Origin: Eledone cirrhosa
Lineage: Eukaryota
DNA length: 64,000 bases
Direction of reading: 5' to 3'
NCBI GenBank assembly: GCA_964016885.1
Contig: OZ024742.1
Coordinates: forward strand, 183,830,001-183,894,000
Position numbers and translations under genes: made by a program. Shown here in pieces: positions 28,307 through 45,097 of this stretch. The notes beneath the pieces were generated by a model. It had not been told where the DNA came from and did no database searches. It saw only the letters and a program-made list of their open reading frames with translations. Every line of letters starts with the position of its first letter. The first letter of the stretch is position 1.

Positions 28307-28693
28307 TGTATATGAGAATTGACATATTACTTGACATAGAATGTGGGGAGGGTGTAGAAAGGAGGGGGTAGAAAGGAGAGGAGCTAAATATGTGGACATC
28401 AGTATTTAGTTACTGTCTATCAATGTACCGAGTTCAAATCCCGCCACAACAGCTTTCATTATTCAAGGTCGATGCATTTATTGCCAGGCATCTATCAGTA
28501 CAAATTTATAGCCAACATAAAAAATAATCAATATTAATCGATACAAATATGTAAACAATGCCATTCAAATAGAAATCTTTCTCAATTTTTCCCTCTCTCC
28601 TTCTCCCTACGTGTGTATGTATGTGTGTATATATATATATATATAAATGAAAAGTATAGAAATTATTGTAGCAAGAAGCCAACAGTATTCCAT

Positions 28694-28777
<84 letters not shown>

Positions 28778-28856
28778 TGCAAACGAAGCGAATATTATTG
28801 TTAATATTCGAAAACCTCAGATTACACATACACACACACATATATAAATATATATA

Positions 28857-28953
<97 letters not shown>

Positions 28954-29085
28954 ATTTTTATATAAACAATTATTTACTCTAATAATTTCTGATATGAAGG
29001 AGATAAATTATCAACGGTAAAATAACGAATATATACAAGAGAATATGATATGCATATGTATGTATGTATATATGTGTGTATATGT

Positions 29086-29133
<48 letters not shown>

Positions 29134-29712
29134 CCTTACAGCTGGTAATATGTAGGGGTAAAATATAAGAGAAGCATTCTTTAATACGCGGCATTCACTT
29201 ATAATATATTGTGGAGAACAGGTTGAAATGTAGAGATAAGCCGTACTATGGTGTAATATGAAACAGTTGTTGGTAGCTCACATAAACGCACACACACACA
29301 CACACTTCTCTCTCTCTCTCACACAGACACACTCATACACACACACACTTCTCTCTCTCTCTCACAGACACACTCATACACACACACACTTCTCTCTCTC
29401 TCTCTATCACAGACACACACACTTCTCTCTCTCTCTCACAGACACACTCATACACACACACACACTTCTCTCTCTCTCTCTCTCACAGACACACTCATAC
29501 ACACACGCACACTCTCTCTTTGTCGCGCTCTCTCTTTCTCTCATATATATATACATTGCTCACTATAATTTCGTTCTCTCTCTCTTTCGTATACACAAGC
29601 ACTCACTCTTTCCTTTGCATAGCTAGCCAGTACAGATACTAATAATACTACTCGTAACGTTAAAACGAATATTACCACCACCAACACCAACACCACCACC
29701 ATCACCAACGTG

Positions 29713-29770
<58 letters not shown>

Positions 29771-29853
29771 ACAGTGAAGCAATTGCTGCTTCCTATCTTT
29801 GCATTGCATTGCATTGCAGCTACAATCTTTTCCACCGCCACAACCACCACCAA

Positions 29854-29921
<68 letters not shown>

Positions 29922-30028
29922 GGTCTAGCAATACTGGTTTCTCACAAGCAACAAATGATGCTATGTGTTGCTAGCTCTATGTGGTGAGATAGAATACCAA
30001 CGAACAACACAATGTATATATATGTATA

Positions 30029-30105
<77 letters not shown>

Positions 30106-30869
30106 AGAGAGTCATTTATCTATTCATACATACATATAAGCATATATATATATATACATATATAAATATATATTCAATGTATAAAGTAAAGTATTTACTT
30201 AACAGAAAACTGACAGCATTGTCTCATTTTAATATTTACAGCTAATGTGTGTGCGTGTGTGTGTGTGTATGTGTGTGTGTGTGTGTGTATGTGTGTGTGT
30301 GTATGTGTGTGTGTGTGTGTGTGTGCGTGTGTGTGTGTGAGTATGCATATATATATGTGTGTGAAAGAGTGTGTCTGTGTGTGTTTCGTTGACCTGCATA
30401 TGTGTACTATGTGCCTGCGTTTGTGAGAAAGAAAGCAAAAGTGTGTATGCACATATTTATGTATGCGTGCGTGCGTGTGTGCATGCATGTGTGATTGTGA
30501 GAATGAGTATGACTTCGTTTGCATGTGCATGTACGTGTATTTGTGTCAGCGTGCACGTATATGTGCCTATATGGGAATGTACGTATGTATGTGTATATGA
30601 GTGTGTACGTATATCTGTGTGAATATATACACGTGTATATCTGTATGCATATACATATACATATATATATATGCGCTCACACACACACACATATATATGT
30701 ATATGCGTGTATGCGTATTTGTTTGTGTGTATATGTGTGAATATGTGTGTGTGCGTATATCTCCATGTACGTGTGTTTGTGTACGTTGTGTGCATATGTG
30801 GTTGTGTGTATATGTGTGAATATGTGTGTGTGCGTATATCTCCATGTACGTGTGTTTGTGTACGTGTTT

Positions 30870-30906
<37 letters not shown>

Positions 30907-31924
30907 TGTTTGTGTGCATCTGTGTGAGAAAAGACTGATTAATGTGCGTATGTGGTTGTGCGTATATCTGTGAATATGTGTGCGTATATCTCCATGTACG
31001 CGTGTTTGTGTATTTGTGTGTGTGCCTGTGTGCATCTGTGTGAGAAAAGCCTGATTAATGTGCATATGTGGTTGTGCGTATTTCTGTGAATATGTGTGTG
31101 TGCGTATATCTGTGAATATGTGTGCGTGCGTATATTTCCATGTACGTGTGTATGTGCGTGACTGTTTATGTATGTACGAGTGTGCCTGTGTGCATCTGTG
31201 TGAGAAAAGCCTGATTAAACAGCAGAAGGGAATAAGTAATATACACCTTTGACTGAGGAGGAAAAATCCGAATGTGCGTACTTATGTGACCGGGGTAGCG
31301 AGAAACAAAGGTGCTTTTAGTAGAGAATGACTGAGTGTGTGTCTGCGTGTGTATGTGTCATTATGTGTTGGTGTGCTAGTGTTTGTGTAAGAGAGTGTGT
31401 AATGTGTTTGTGTATGTGTAATGTGTATTCATAAGAATGTATGGTTGTGAACTAAAAGGGGTGGGTGGCGGTGGTGGTGATGGTTGTGGTGATGATGGTG
31501 ATGGTGGGTGGTGGTGGTGATGATGATGATGATGGTGATGGTGGTGGTGGTGGTGGTGGTTGTGTTAGTGGGAAGAAGAAGGAAGCAAGGCTTATGTTTG
31601 TTTGCCTTCAAGAGAGAAAAATTAGAGACGGAACACATAGACTTAACGAGGGAGTGTATATGTGTGTATGTATATATGCCTGTGTGTGAGCATGTGTGAG
31701 TGAGTGTGTGTGTTTGGGTGTGTGTGTGTGTGCGTGTGTGTGTAAACTAGGGCGAGAGTGTGAGTGAGTGAGAAATAGGCGTATTTTAATTGACTAATAT
31801 ACTAAAAAGTTGAACAGATCTGTGATGGGAGAATAAAGTTGATTGGGTGAATGTCTAAATAGAAATGAGAGAGAGTGAGAGAGTGAGAGAGTGAGAGAGA
31901 GAGGGGGGAGAAAGAAAGAGAGAG

Positions 31925-31995
<71 letters not shown>

Positions 31996-32612
31996 GATAA
32001 AGCTAAACTCAGTAAAGCGAATATAATAATATATAACATAGCGACATAGACGAACGACAGTCGAAGTAAATAGTAATGAGTTGTGCTGGAGGCGTATGTG
32101 TTTATGTGTATGTGTGTGTAGCTGTGTGTTGTGTCAGTATATTTGTGTATGTGTATTTGTGCAAGTGTGTCTGTGTGTTCGTGTGTGTCTGTATTTGTGT
32201 TTGTCAGTATACGTGTGAAATATATCTATTTAAATAAATATGTGTGTGTGTGTGTAATGTATGTATGTATATTTGTGAATGTTTGTGTATTTGTATGCCT
32301 TTATGTATGTGTGTGTGTGTGTGTGCAAAGCGTGTGTGTTATGTCTACATATATGTGTGTGTATGCATGTATGTATATTAGTGCGTGTGTTTATGTGAAT
32401 GTGTATGCATTTGTGAGTGTTCGTGCGTGTCTTTATATATGTTTATGTATGTGTGTTTATATATGTTTATGTATGTGTGTTTATATATATATATGCATGT
32501 GTTTATTTGTGTATGTATAAGAGAGAAAGAGAGAGAGAGAGAGTTTGTGTGTGTCTATGTACGCGAGAGTTTGTGTGTATGGGGGAGAGAGAGAGAGAGA
32601 GTTTGTGTGTGG

Positions 32613-32644
<32 letters not shown>

Positions 32645-32940
32645 GTGTGGGAGAGAGAGATAGTTTGTGTGTGTGTGTCTATGTACGTATGTGTTTATGT
32701 AAAGTGTGTCTGTGTGTTCGTGTATGTTTATTATGTGTGAAAAACAAAAAGGAACATAAGATAGTCTGTGGGGCTGTGAAAGCAGTAGATAGATAGATGC
32801 TAGGAATAAATAAATAAATAACAGTCTCGCTTTTTTTCTCCATATGCAAAGAATATAAACAGAAGGGTGTGTGGAGAGATTTCAGATGAAAATAAATATG
32901 TTAACAAAATATGGCCGAGATCAGAGAATGGGTCACGGTA

Positions 32941-33036
<96 letters not shown>

Positions 33037-33222
33037 GAGAGAGATAGATATAGCTATGGGTAGATACGAAAGAAACCGTTGGTAGTCCCAGAGTTAAGTC
33101 AAAACTGAATATAACCGTGTGTGTGTGTGAATGACAGACTTACGTGTAATGTCAAATTAATATATTATGTGTTAAAAATTACTGACAATAAAATGTAAAA
33201 GAACCACGAAAGAGCACATATA

Positions 33223-33305
<83 letters not shown>

Positions 33306-33346
33306 GTAAATATATATATGTATATAAATATGTGAATATATATACA

Positions 33347-33675
<329 letters not shown>

Positions 33676-34944
33676 GAATGTATGTATTTGTTTATATATT
33701 TGTGTACTTACATTAGTCCATAAGCTTTTGCCCTCGCAATCGTACTGTGAGGTCCAGAATTTTGCGAGTGTGTGGTCGAAAAAGCCGATCCCTTACCGGC
33801 TGTGCCGGATTGTTTTTGGCGTTTCATAGATCACAATTGTAATATTTCCTTTTTAAACAAGAGATATAACAGCTCCTTTGGTTATAATGGTACTCCACAA
33901 TCTCCTTAGCTTGTTCGGCCAGTTATGTTTAACTTATCCTCCTAGTTGCTATTTATCATACATATTAATTTTGTTTATAATCCAGTGAAATTCTGAACGA
34001 TCTGGAGGTATCCAATGTATGTAGTGTATACAGAAGAGAAACGTGTATTGGTATACCATCGAAGGTATATCATACCTTCTGCTTCTACATAACGTCCATC
34101 GAGTAAATGTGTATTTCTAAAAATATCCAAATGGAACACATTTAACCGACTATAATAATATCTAACTAAACAAGACCAAAATCACATACACACACACATA
34201 CACACAGACAGAGGGTACATTTGACGGGGAGTGAGAAAGAACGCCGAGAGAGATAATGACGAGTCATGGGTGGGGGGATGGACAAGAAGGAGGGAGGGAA
34301 AGACAGAGAATTGAGATGAAGAATCTAGTAAAGAAGAAGAAGGAAAGATATAGAGAAAGAGAGAGAGATAGGTGAGAAGTAACGACAGATGCAGGCAAGA
34401 GAGGACGTTGATGTTTGCAGTTGTAGTCGCAGAACTCTACTGTACTCCACACTCCACACTCCACACTCCACTCGCCACTCGCTACTCAGCTTCTATCACT
34501 CACTTAACGAGGAGAGTATTAGTAAGAGACAGAGACAGAGGGAGATAGAGGGGGACACAGAAAGACATATATACACATAATATATACAGAGAGAGAGAGA
34601 GAGGGGGACAGGGAAAGAGAAAAAGGGAGAGAGAAATGGCAAGAAAGAGAGAGGGATAGAGAGATAGAGAGTGACAGAGTGAGATAGACAGAGATAGATA
34701 GCTTCTCATTGAATTGAGGAAATCAGGCAGCAGATCTCTCAACGTAAATATATGTGTTATATCTCGTATATGTTAGCCAGTAGTTCTAACGTTGGAGATA
34801 GAAAATGTCTGAATATATATAAAAACATATCAAAGCAGTCGTCTGATTAAAGCAGAATGTATTTCCAAACATATTTCACTACTACTGTTGCCTTTTTCTT
34901 CTTCTTCTTCTTCTTCTCCTTCTGCTGCTGCTTTTAACGTCTTA

Positions 34945-35011
<67 letters not shown>

Positions 35012-35217
35012 TCTTTTCACGCACTCTCATAATATTGGCTAGTTGCACTCCCACTATTTTTATTTCATTAATCTCTTCTTTTTCTCTTTTTCCTGCTATT
35101 TTCTCCCCCCTCTCCCCCCTCATCTCCTACTCTTCCTCGTCCTCTCTCCTGCCTCATTTTTCTCGCGTCTACTTTTATTACATACACAAACACACACACA
35201 CACACACACATACAAAC

Positions 35218-35270
<53 letters not shown>

Positions 35271-35548
35271 TACACCAGCACACCACAGTATTTCTTCTGT
35301 CTTTCACTAAGCTTGACGGTGGTAATATGGCTGAGGATGAAAGGAAGATAGAAAAAGAAGGAGGGAAAAAGAAGAGCGGAGAGAGGAAGTAGGAGTAGGA
35401 AGAGTGCCAAACATTATGAGAGAAGAAGAGAAGTATGTCGAGGGTGTTGGGAAGAGGAGAGGATGTATAGACACAAACAAGCACGTACTCGAACAGACAC
35501 ACATACACAACATTTCAGCAACTACGTTTTCACATATATATAGTCTGC

Positions 35549-35591
<43 letters not shown>

Positions 35592-35940
35592 TACAAGCGT
35601 TGTACATTAGAGAAATATCCACATATACACATTCATACACATACATTTGTGCATATACACACACGATAACAGTCACACAGAGACATGCGTTGTACGTATA
35701 CATAACTACTCACACACTCACACACACAGATTCATACACGTACACATACGCATACACACACTTACAAACATAATGACAATTACATAGAGAAATAGGTGGT
35801 ACGTATAGAAAACTAGTCGCACACACATACACACATGCAAGCACAGATAGTCACACCGTTCTCACACACTGATAGAACTAAGACAGATAGAGAGAATCAT
35901 TAGCTTGAGATTTATTTCTGTGTGATAATAATTGAAGGTT

Positions 35941-36672
35941 ACCCACCACCACCACCACTACTAACGCCACCACCACAACTACCACCACCACCACCACCAC
36001 TACGACCACCACTATTACCACTACAACTACAGCCACTACCACCACCACTAGCCCCCCCCCCCCACCATCACTACCACTACCACCACTATCACCACTACCA
36101 CCACTACCACCACCACTACCACCACCACCACTACCACCACCACCACTACCACCACCACCACTGCCACCACTACCACCTCATCCCCACACCCCAACTCAAT
36201 TTAACATCAGCACCACAACTACCACAACTGCCGCCACCGCTCCCACCCCCACCACCACTATTCTATATATTACCACCACCATTACCACCACCACTACCAT
36301 CACCACCACTACCCACCACTATTCATCATTATCACCATTACCACCATTACCACCATTACCACCACCACTACCGCCACCACTCCCACCCCCCTCCACCACT
36401 ATTCTACATATTACCACCATTACCACCACTACCACCACCACCACCACCGCCCCTACCCACCACTATTCATCATTACCACCATTACCACCATTACCACCAT
36501 TACCACCATTACCACCACCACTACCGCCACCACTCTTCTACATATTACCACCATTACCACCATTACCACCACCACCACCACCACCGCCACCATTACCACC
36601 ATTACCACCACCACCACCACCACCGCCACCATTACCACCACCACCACCACCACCACCACCACCACCACCGCC
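35941..36672. repeat. (CCA)n / (CCATTACCA)n degenerate microsatellite with an internal duplication
   Basis: Directly visible; accactattcta(t/c)atattaccacc block repeated. Confidence 0.9.
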
Positions 36673-36963
36673 GCTATCCAATCATACAGTTCGAGCGTAT
36701 GAGTGTTAAAAAAACTTTATGCATAAAATATTGAATCGATTCCAGAAGCAATATTATCTTATTATATATTTAGATATTTTTTTGAAATTTTTCTGAATAT
36801 TGCTTTATCTAAATATATTAAAATATTTTTAGCTTCTATTTTTTATACTTTGTTCTTGGCGTGTTGTTACCTAGCTGCAAAATTACCATAAAAATCTACA
36901 CACACACCCATACACCCTTCACTATGTTATACACACACACACACATATATATACACACACACA

Positions 36964-36994
<31 letters not shown>

Positions 36995-37093
36995 GTATAT
37001 ACACATATTATGATGAACAATGAAGGAATAAGGGAAAGGTATGCGTATTAACCCATATAAATATATGTATATATGTATATATATATATATATA

Positions 37094-37174
37094 TAGTGTG
37101 TGTTCCCCAAAAGTGTATAAACACTTTTATTAGAATGCTGTTGAAGTGTGTATACCTTTTTGGGGGACAGCCTG
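37094..37174. mobile_element. MITE of the same family as 18930-19043
   Basis: Shares tattagaatgctgttgaagtgt in reverse orientation. Confidence 0.7.
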
Positions 37175-37200
37175 TATATATATATATATATATACCATTA

Positions 37201-37391
37201 GGGCGGTGGATTGGCAGTATCGGTAGAGGGTCGGAAGCCATGCTTTCCAGCATAGTTACGTCCCTTTACGATTTGAGTTCAAATCCCGCCGAGGTTGACT
37301 TTGCCTTTCATCTTTACGGGGTCGATAAAATAAAGTACCAGTAATGCACTGGGTAATTGCTGGCCTTGTGCCTAAAGTAGAAACAATTATT
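37201..37391 (+). mobile_element. SINE A, full length
   Basis: Consensus match. Confidence 0.9.
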
Positions 37392-37522
37392 GTAACGTGT
37401 CAGTATAGATACACAAAAATATTCCCTAATAGCTGATAGAAATTCTTTTACACTTCAAATAAATATTTCACTTTTATTTATTTTTAATCGATTGAACTCA
37501 TATATAGTGCACTTGCAGCTCA

Positions 37523-37578
<56 letters not shown>

Positions 37579-37655
37579 TCCACCAAGCGTGAACCTAATA
37601 TAACCGTAAAAATTGCCCCCTGTATATTGTTCGTTTCATTTATTAACTATATATT

Positions 37656-37715
<60 letters not shown>

Positions 37716-37784
37716 CCCACTCTCAAAAGCGTGAACCTAATAAACCACTATTTGTACTGCCTCTCTGTTTTTGTTCGTCTAAGA

Positions 37785-37881
<97 letters not shown>

Positions 37882-37986
37882 ATTTTACTAATAAGATCAG
37901 TACTTTGTACTTTAAGGAAAGTAGAGAGTAGATGTATTTCGCAAGAAAAATTTTATAATAATATATGCACAAACACATACACTCAC

Positions 37987-38056
<70 letters not shown>

Positions 38057-38243
38057 AACAGGAGGTTAGACTGGTGTAAATCCTTGAAAGGTAGGTTTAT
38101 TATACTAATGATCATTACGTTGAGTGCTCTCCATAATATTACATCGAGGTTGACCATACGGAAATGACCAGTTCTATCCAGTGGTGAACCAACAAACCTA
38201 TAATATATATACATATATGTATATATATATATATATATATATG

Positions 38244-38274
<31 letters not shown>

Positions 38275-38364
38275 TATAATGTATAACATATATATATATA
38301 TATATATATAATATATATATATATAATGTATAACATATATATATAATATATATATATAATGTAT

Positions 38365-38399
<35 letters not shown>

Positions 38400-38402
<3 letters not shown>

Positions 38403-38602
38403 GTATAAGTATTGCCTTGTCCGACGAACGAATGAGGACGTTTTTCGTATTCGTCTTATTCGGGAAACCTTTGGTAATGAGGTAATTATAATGTATAATA
38501 AACAATACAATATAATTACCTCATTACCAGAGGTTTTCCGAATAAGGACGAATACGAAAAACGTCCTCATTCGTTCGTCGGACAAGGCAATACTTATACA
38601 TA
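38400..38602. mobile_element. Palindrome of two convergent family H3 hammerhead-like motifs
   Basis: Arms of about 90 bp; plus arm has stem I ccttgt/atgagg, core variant CCGACGA, long stem II cgaatgaggacg/cgtc(c)ttattcg, GAAAC-ctttg-GTA. Confidence 0.75.
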
Positions 38603-38640
<38 letters not shown>

Positions 38641-38644
38641 CATA

Positions 38645-38711
<67 letters not shown>

Positions 38712-38846
38712 TAGAAAGAGAGAGGTGTGTGTGTGTATTTGAATCGAACTTTCTTTTAAGATTGATACGATAGATGTTAAGTTAAAAGAGATATTTTAGA
38801 AAATATATATTGATTTGAATATACTAACATATAGCAGCGTGTAAAT

Positions 38847-38918
<72 letters not shown>

Positions 38919-39089
38919 CAAGTGTATGTGTTTATGTGCGTACGCAAATTTCTCATTTTCTCTGTGTTGTCTGTATATGTGAGTATGTGTGTGGCATGCC
39001 TGCGTGTGTGTGTGTGTGTGCTAGAAAATAATTTCACTACAGAATAACTATAATAAACAGCTGAAGACTTATTATCTCCCCCTACGTAG

Positions 39090-39159
<70 letters not shown>

Positions 39160-39232
39160 GCATGTATGTATATATATTTATATGCGTTTACATATAGGTG
39201 ACAATACGTAGTACGTACATACATATTGGACG

Positions 39233-39570
39233 TAGACATGGCCGATTGGTTAAAATGTTTTCTCCAATCATAAGGGCCGGGTTCAATCCCACTGCAAAGC
39301 TTGAAGGCATCGTGGGTAAATCTTTTAATCTAGCAACCAGTCGACCAATGTCTTGAGAATGGAATTTAGTACACTGAAACTGCACAGAAGCCCGTGGAAT
39401 GCGCTGTACGTGTAATTCAAAACATCAGCCTCACCATAAACCGTGTCATTTTGGTTTTTACCCGCAAAAAGTGTCTGTGGAATATTCAGCCACTTATACT
39501 AATTTAATAAGGAGACAATTCCGTTGATTGAACAACTAGAATATACATCGTCGAAACCGACGGAATCCCC
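39233..39570 (+). mobile_element. Decayed tRNA-headed SINE-like repeat
   Basis: tggccgattggttaa...ggttcaatccc head; body related to 52780-52975 (+) and to 21270-21420, 43270-43460 and 61200-61400 (-). Confidence 0.55.
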
Positions 39571-39646
39571 TTGTCTTTATTTATATAAATATTTGCATAC
39601 GAAAGAGGCATTCTACGCTTTTCCATACATTCAGAATTTCTATAAC

Positions 39647-39698
<52 letters not shown>

Positions 39699-39798
39699 TT
39701 ACTAGTGAAATGACTAGTGTTCCCATTATTTAACTGGGTACGCGGACTCGGTCCTTTAAAAAAGTTTATGATACTACGTTGATACTCTGTAATGAACA

Positions 39799-39849
<51 letters not shown>

Positions 39850-41039
39850 AATTGTTTCTACTTTTGGCACAAGGCCAGCAATTACCCAGTACATTACTAT
39901 ACAATAATTGTCAGTTAATATTTAATATATTCGTTATTGCTCGAGAAATACTAAAATGTTTACCCTGCAACCAGAAGTCTCTGAATCAAAGAACATCGAA
40001 AGCAACCATTTCTATATATAAATGTACATACATATAAACACCGAGTTTATGTTTCAAATAATTGCGAGTTTCGTCAAAGTTGATAAACTGTGTTAGTTAC
40101 TTTATTTCCGTTATGTTTTGTCAAAGAAAACGGAAAGAATTTCAAATAGAAAAATATAATTTTTTTTTTTTTTTTTTAGAATGCAAATAGTTTATTTCTT
40201 TCACAAATGAAGAAGTTAGGTGAATCAAATCAATACTGGATTGTACTGAGCATTATTTTCCTAACTGAAAAGTAAAAGGAAAGAAGCTGAATGTAACCCT
40301 CCAACGAATGAGAAATTGAAGAGGTCTTTTTACTATAAATACTCGTGTAAAATTCCATCCTATATAAAGCCCCCCTCCCCTATTTTTTTTGCAAAACATC
40401 TGGGTTTTTCCATGTAGCACGTGTAAAAATCGACCCTACTTCTTCACTGAAATAAATATTTCGACGAGGAAATGTGTACACTATTATGTTCTGATGTATG
40501 CATGTGGAAATATATGAGCTACGCCGCTTTATTTGTGTGTTTTGATAGTATGATGTGCATTTTTTGTGTAGAAACATCGGTACTATTGCTGTAAGTCATT
40601 CTTCTTAGAGTCATTATTCACTTAGAGTCCATTTAGGTTTCTACTTATTGATACGGTATTTTAGATTGTATTATAAATTTCAGCCTTTCGAAAGTAATAT
40701 CTACGTAATAGTCAACTTCATAAATTCAACCTTAAAACAATAGACTAAAAATGTCAACTTTTATGTAAGTATAAGCAGTAGTCCAGTGCTTTATCATGTG
40801 TCTGCCATCTCGCTGTACTACGGGAGAAACACAATATGAAATATGAAATATAATCCAATGTAATTGAAATGTTTTTGTTTAACCATCATCATCATTCCCG
40901 TCACTATTATTAATTCCCAATATCGTTAGCAACGTGACTTTGCCATAGTGACTGACGTTATTTCACTCAACTCGACCACCATTGCTATTGTTATTAAAAA
41001 CAAACAATTCTTATTATTGTCGTTATGTGTTAACAAACA

Positions 41040-42447
41040 AGGACGTCAGACAAAATGGTTTGCTGTATTAATATTAAGGCTCTTTGCGTTCTGAATTCAA
41101 TCCCCACCGAGATTAAATTTGCCTTTTCTGCTTCTAGGGATCGATTAAAATAAAGTACCAGTCGAGTACTGGATCGATTTAATCGACTTTTTCCTCACCG
41201 AAAATTGCTGGTCTTATGCTTAAATTAAAACTCATAAAACTAGAGTTCAGTTCCCAGCAAACTAAAGTACATATCCGACGTTGAATACCCATTGAAGCCA
41301 TTTCACTATAATTACACTTAACTCCTTTAGGAAAACTATTAACCTCACATCATATAGTTATTTATACACCTCACAAGGCATTGGATTGTCAGAAACATTA
41401 GAGCCACGAACGAAATGTCTTACAATATTTCGTTACGATCTTCTACCTCCCGAGTTCAAATCTCGTTGGAGTCAATTTGCCTTTCATTTTTCTGTAGTCG
41501 ATAAGATAAAGTACTAGTTTAAGTACTAGTGCCGAAGCAATCAACTTTCCTCCTCGCTTAAAATTGCAGGCATAGAAACCGTTATTTATACACCCCCAAA
41601 TAATATAGAGAATTGTGCAAAGTTGTTACAATTGCAGCAGCAGATAAATGTGTAGTAGGGCTAAAAATATTTAGATCCAACTTTCTACATTCTGAGTTCA
41701 AATCCTGCCATGGCCAAATCATTTTTTTATTTTTCCGGTCAAGAACTTGGGTTGAATAAATCGGCCAAAAAAATTATGGCTTTGTAACAATGCTAGAAAT
41801 AAATACTGGTCGTGTTAATTTTATTACCCACCCCAAAACAAAAATAAATATTGACCTTGGGCCCCAAATTAGAAATTATTATTATCATTATTATTGCCAT
41901 TCTGAATTCAAATCCCGCCGAGGTTAACTTTGCCTTTCATCCTTACGGGGTCGATAAAATAAAGTACCAGTAATACACTGGCGTAATAGCTGGCCTTGTG
42001 CCAAAAGTAGAAACAATTATTATTATTATTATTATTATTACGACCTTTTACGTTCTGAGTTCAAATCCCGCCATGGTTAGCTTTGCCTTTCATCCTTACC
42101 GTGGTCGATAAAATAAAGTACCAGCAATACACTGGGGTCAATTTAATCGACTTTCCGCTTCCCTTCAAATTGCGGGCCTTGTGCCTAAAGTAGAAACAAT
42201 TATTATTATTGGATTATCAAGAGCGGTAGACTGGAATGATCGGTAGAGCGTCAGACAACATGCTTTGCGGCATAGGGTTACGTCCCTTTACGTTCTAAAT
42301 TCAAATCCCACCGAAATGAGTTTTGCCTTTCATCCGTACGGGGTCGATAAAATAAAGCACCAATCACGCACTGGGGGTCGATTTAATCGACATTCCCCTG
42401 CCCCCAAAATTGCTGGCGTTGTACCCAAATCAGAAACTATTATTATT
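41040..42447 (+). mobile_element. Cluster of about six co-oriented SINE A copies of different ages
   Basis: Repeated ttctgagttcaaatc...ctttcatcc...gtcgataaaataaagtac; youngest at 41900-42210. Confidence 0.8.
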
Positions 42448-42498
42448 CCCCTACATGTCGGCCCTTGTGGCCAATAAATGAAATCATTATCATTATTA

Positions 42499-42547
<49 letters not shown>

Positions 42548-43162
42548 ACAATTCTTTGACTGGACACGTATTTTACGAGGGTATGACGTATCTCAAATCT
42601 TTAAAAGTACATTTATTTTTCACTCTAGAAAGATGATGCAAATCAAAAACCGTTTACAACGGAACCTGAACAAAGACTTATGGAGCCTCATACAAACTTG
42701 TTTGGCGGCAAATCACATGGGAAAATATATTTTGCTTACACCACAAATACAAAGTTATCAAAATCTAACTGGTATAGTAGCAGTAACATGATACAAAGTC
42801 AAAGTGCGAATTTTTCATTCTTATTTAATTCATATAAGCATAGGCATGGCAGAGTTGTTAAGGAGTTCGCTCAACAGCCAGTTGGTTCTGGGTTCAATCT
42901 CGGTGCGTAGTACCTTGAAAGTGCCTTTGGAAAAGTTCGAGTGGAATTGTGTAGGCGGAAAATGCAAAGGCCATATATATATATATATGTGTGTGTGTGT
43001 GTTGTTTTATTATCAACTTCATAACATAATGTAAAAGGATTTTATATAAAATGTTGGAAGATTTTAATTTAAATAGCAACCCTTTAAAATGTGTAGTTTT
43101 GTTTTATAGAATCAGAGTTGATTTTGGTCAGGTGAAATTTGGACAATAATTTATTTGTGTAC

Positions 43163-43194
<32 letters not shown>

Positions 43195-43536
43195 GAGAGA
43201 GTGTGTGTGTGTGTATGTGTGTGAGAGAGAGAGAGTGCGTCTTTGCGGGTGTGTTGGATCTTCGAAGGATCCGATGACGCGTGGTCCAGTTGTTCGAACA
43301 ACTGAACAGTGTGCTCGAAATGGCAGATTTTTCAGATATCTTTACGGGTATCGTTATAGTAGTCCTCAGGGAGATTCAGAGTAGCACATGTCTTACGCTT
43401 TGAATTACATGTACGACGTAATGTTTGCCAGCTGAGTGGACTGGAGCACCTTAACTAATTGATAATCACAAGAGATTTTGAGCGACGATTTAACGATTTG
43501 GTGGCACAAGTTGAAGAAAAGGTTTTTGTGACAGAC

Positions 43537-43568
<32 letters not shown>

Positions 43569-43810
43569 GTATATATGTATATATGTGTGTGGGTGTATAC
43601 ACACACACACATATATATATATATTTATATTATATTTATATATATATGTATATATATATATTTATATATATATATATGTGAGTGTGTGTGTGTGTGTGTG
43701 TGTATACACACACACACACAGATATATATATATTTATATTATATTATATATATATGTATATATATGTATATATATATATATTTATATATATATATATATT
43801 TATATATATA

Positions 43811-43858
<48 letters not shown>

Positions 43859-43885
43859 TACATATATACATATATATATGTATAA

Positions 43886-43917
<32 letters not shown>

Positions 43918-43978
43918 ATATATATATATATATATATATATAACAGAGTATTGTAGTTTGCTTGATATATATATATAT

Positions 43979-44023
<45 letters not shown>

Positions 44024-44265
44024 TATATATATAAATGTGTGTGTGTGTGTGTATGGGTATATGTGTGTGTGTCCGTCCATATGAGAGAATGTTTTGCTTT
44101 TTGCAAAGGCTAATACAACACACATTATCTATAATATAAGTGAATAAATTCAGAGATATAACCCCGTAATACAGAACAGGGGGGACAGAATCGTCAGTGG
44201 CTTCGAGTACTCCTACAGATAAAAAAAAAATATGGCCAACCACCACTCGGAGAATCGTACTTCGT

Positions 44266-44637
<372 letters not shown>

Positions 44638-44691
44638 ATACATATATATAAAAGCGAAAGCTTCTATTTCTAATATATATATATATATATA

Positions 44692-44765
44692 TATTTCATC
44701 TGATGAGTGTACTGGACGTTTCTGTAAGGATCGTCTAGTTTCCTGAAACCTTTGGTAATGGAATA
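44692..44765 (+). ncRNA. Type I hammerhead ribozyme motif (family H3), element extending to about 44852
   Basis: Stem I tatttcat/atggaata, CTGATGA, extended stem II actggacg/cgtctagt, GAAA, stem III ACC-ttt-GGT, triplet GTA; tail related to 59580-59640. Confidence 0.75.
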
Positions 44766-44850
44766 ATTATATTGTGTTCTTTATTATGTAATTAAATAGC
44801 TCTGTACTATGCCTAGAGCACTCTTCTTTCCTTTTCTACGGAAATACATA

Positions 44851-44914
<64 letters not shown>

Positions 44915-44922
<8 letters not shown>

Positions 44923-45062
44923 TAGAAACTTTCGCCATATTTTTGGCCTGTTAAACTGTTTAGAACCCCACTATCAGGTTAAAATTTCTTTTGTAAAAAA
45001 TACGGCGAAACCTTCTATTTCTAATTTCAAACTCTCGCTCGCCGTTTCAAAACATACTTACT

Positions 45063-45064
<2 letters not shown>
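44915..45064. mobile_element. (TA)n-flanked element with inverted arms of about 30 bp plus a tail
   Basis: attagaaatagaaactttcgccatattttt pairs with aaaaatacggcgaaaccttctatttctaat; a third partial copy at 44653-44674. Confidence 0.6.

Positions 45065-45094
<30 letters not shown>

Positions 45095-45097
<3 letters not shown>

Noticed and set aside
33700-34160. Unique-looking sequence that might be a transposase or exon fragment
   Set aside because: The frames I translated contain stops and no recognisable motif.
35922-36734. 270-aa Pro/His-rich ORF resembling extensin or a His-rich protein
   Set aside because: It lies within a degenerate (CCA)n tract, has no ATG start and no convincing splice context.
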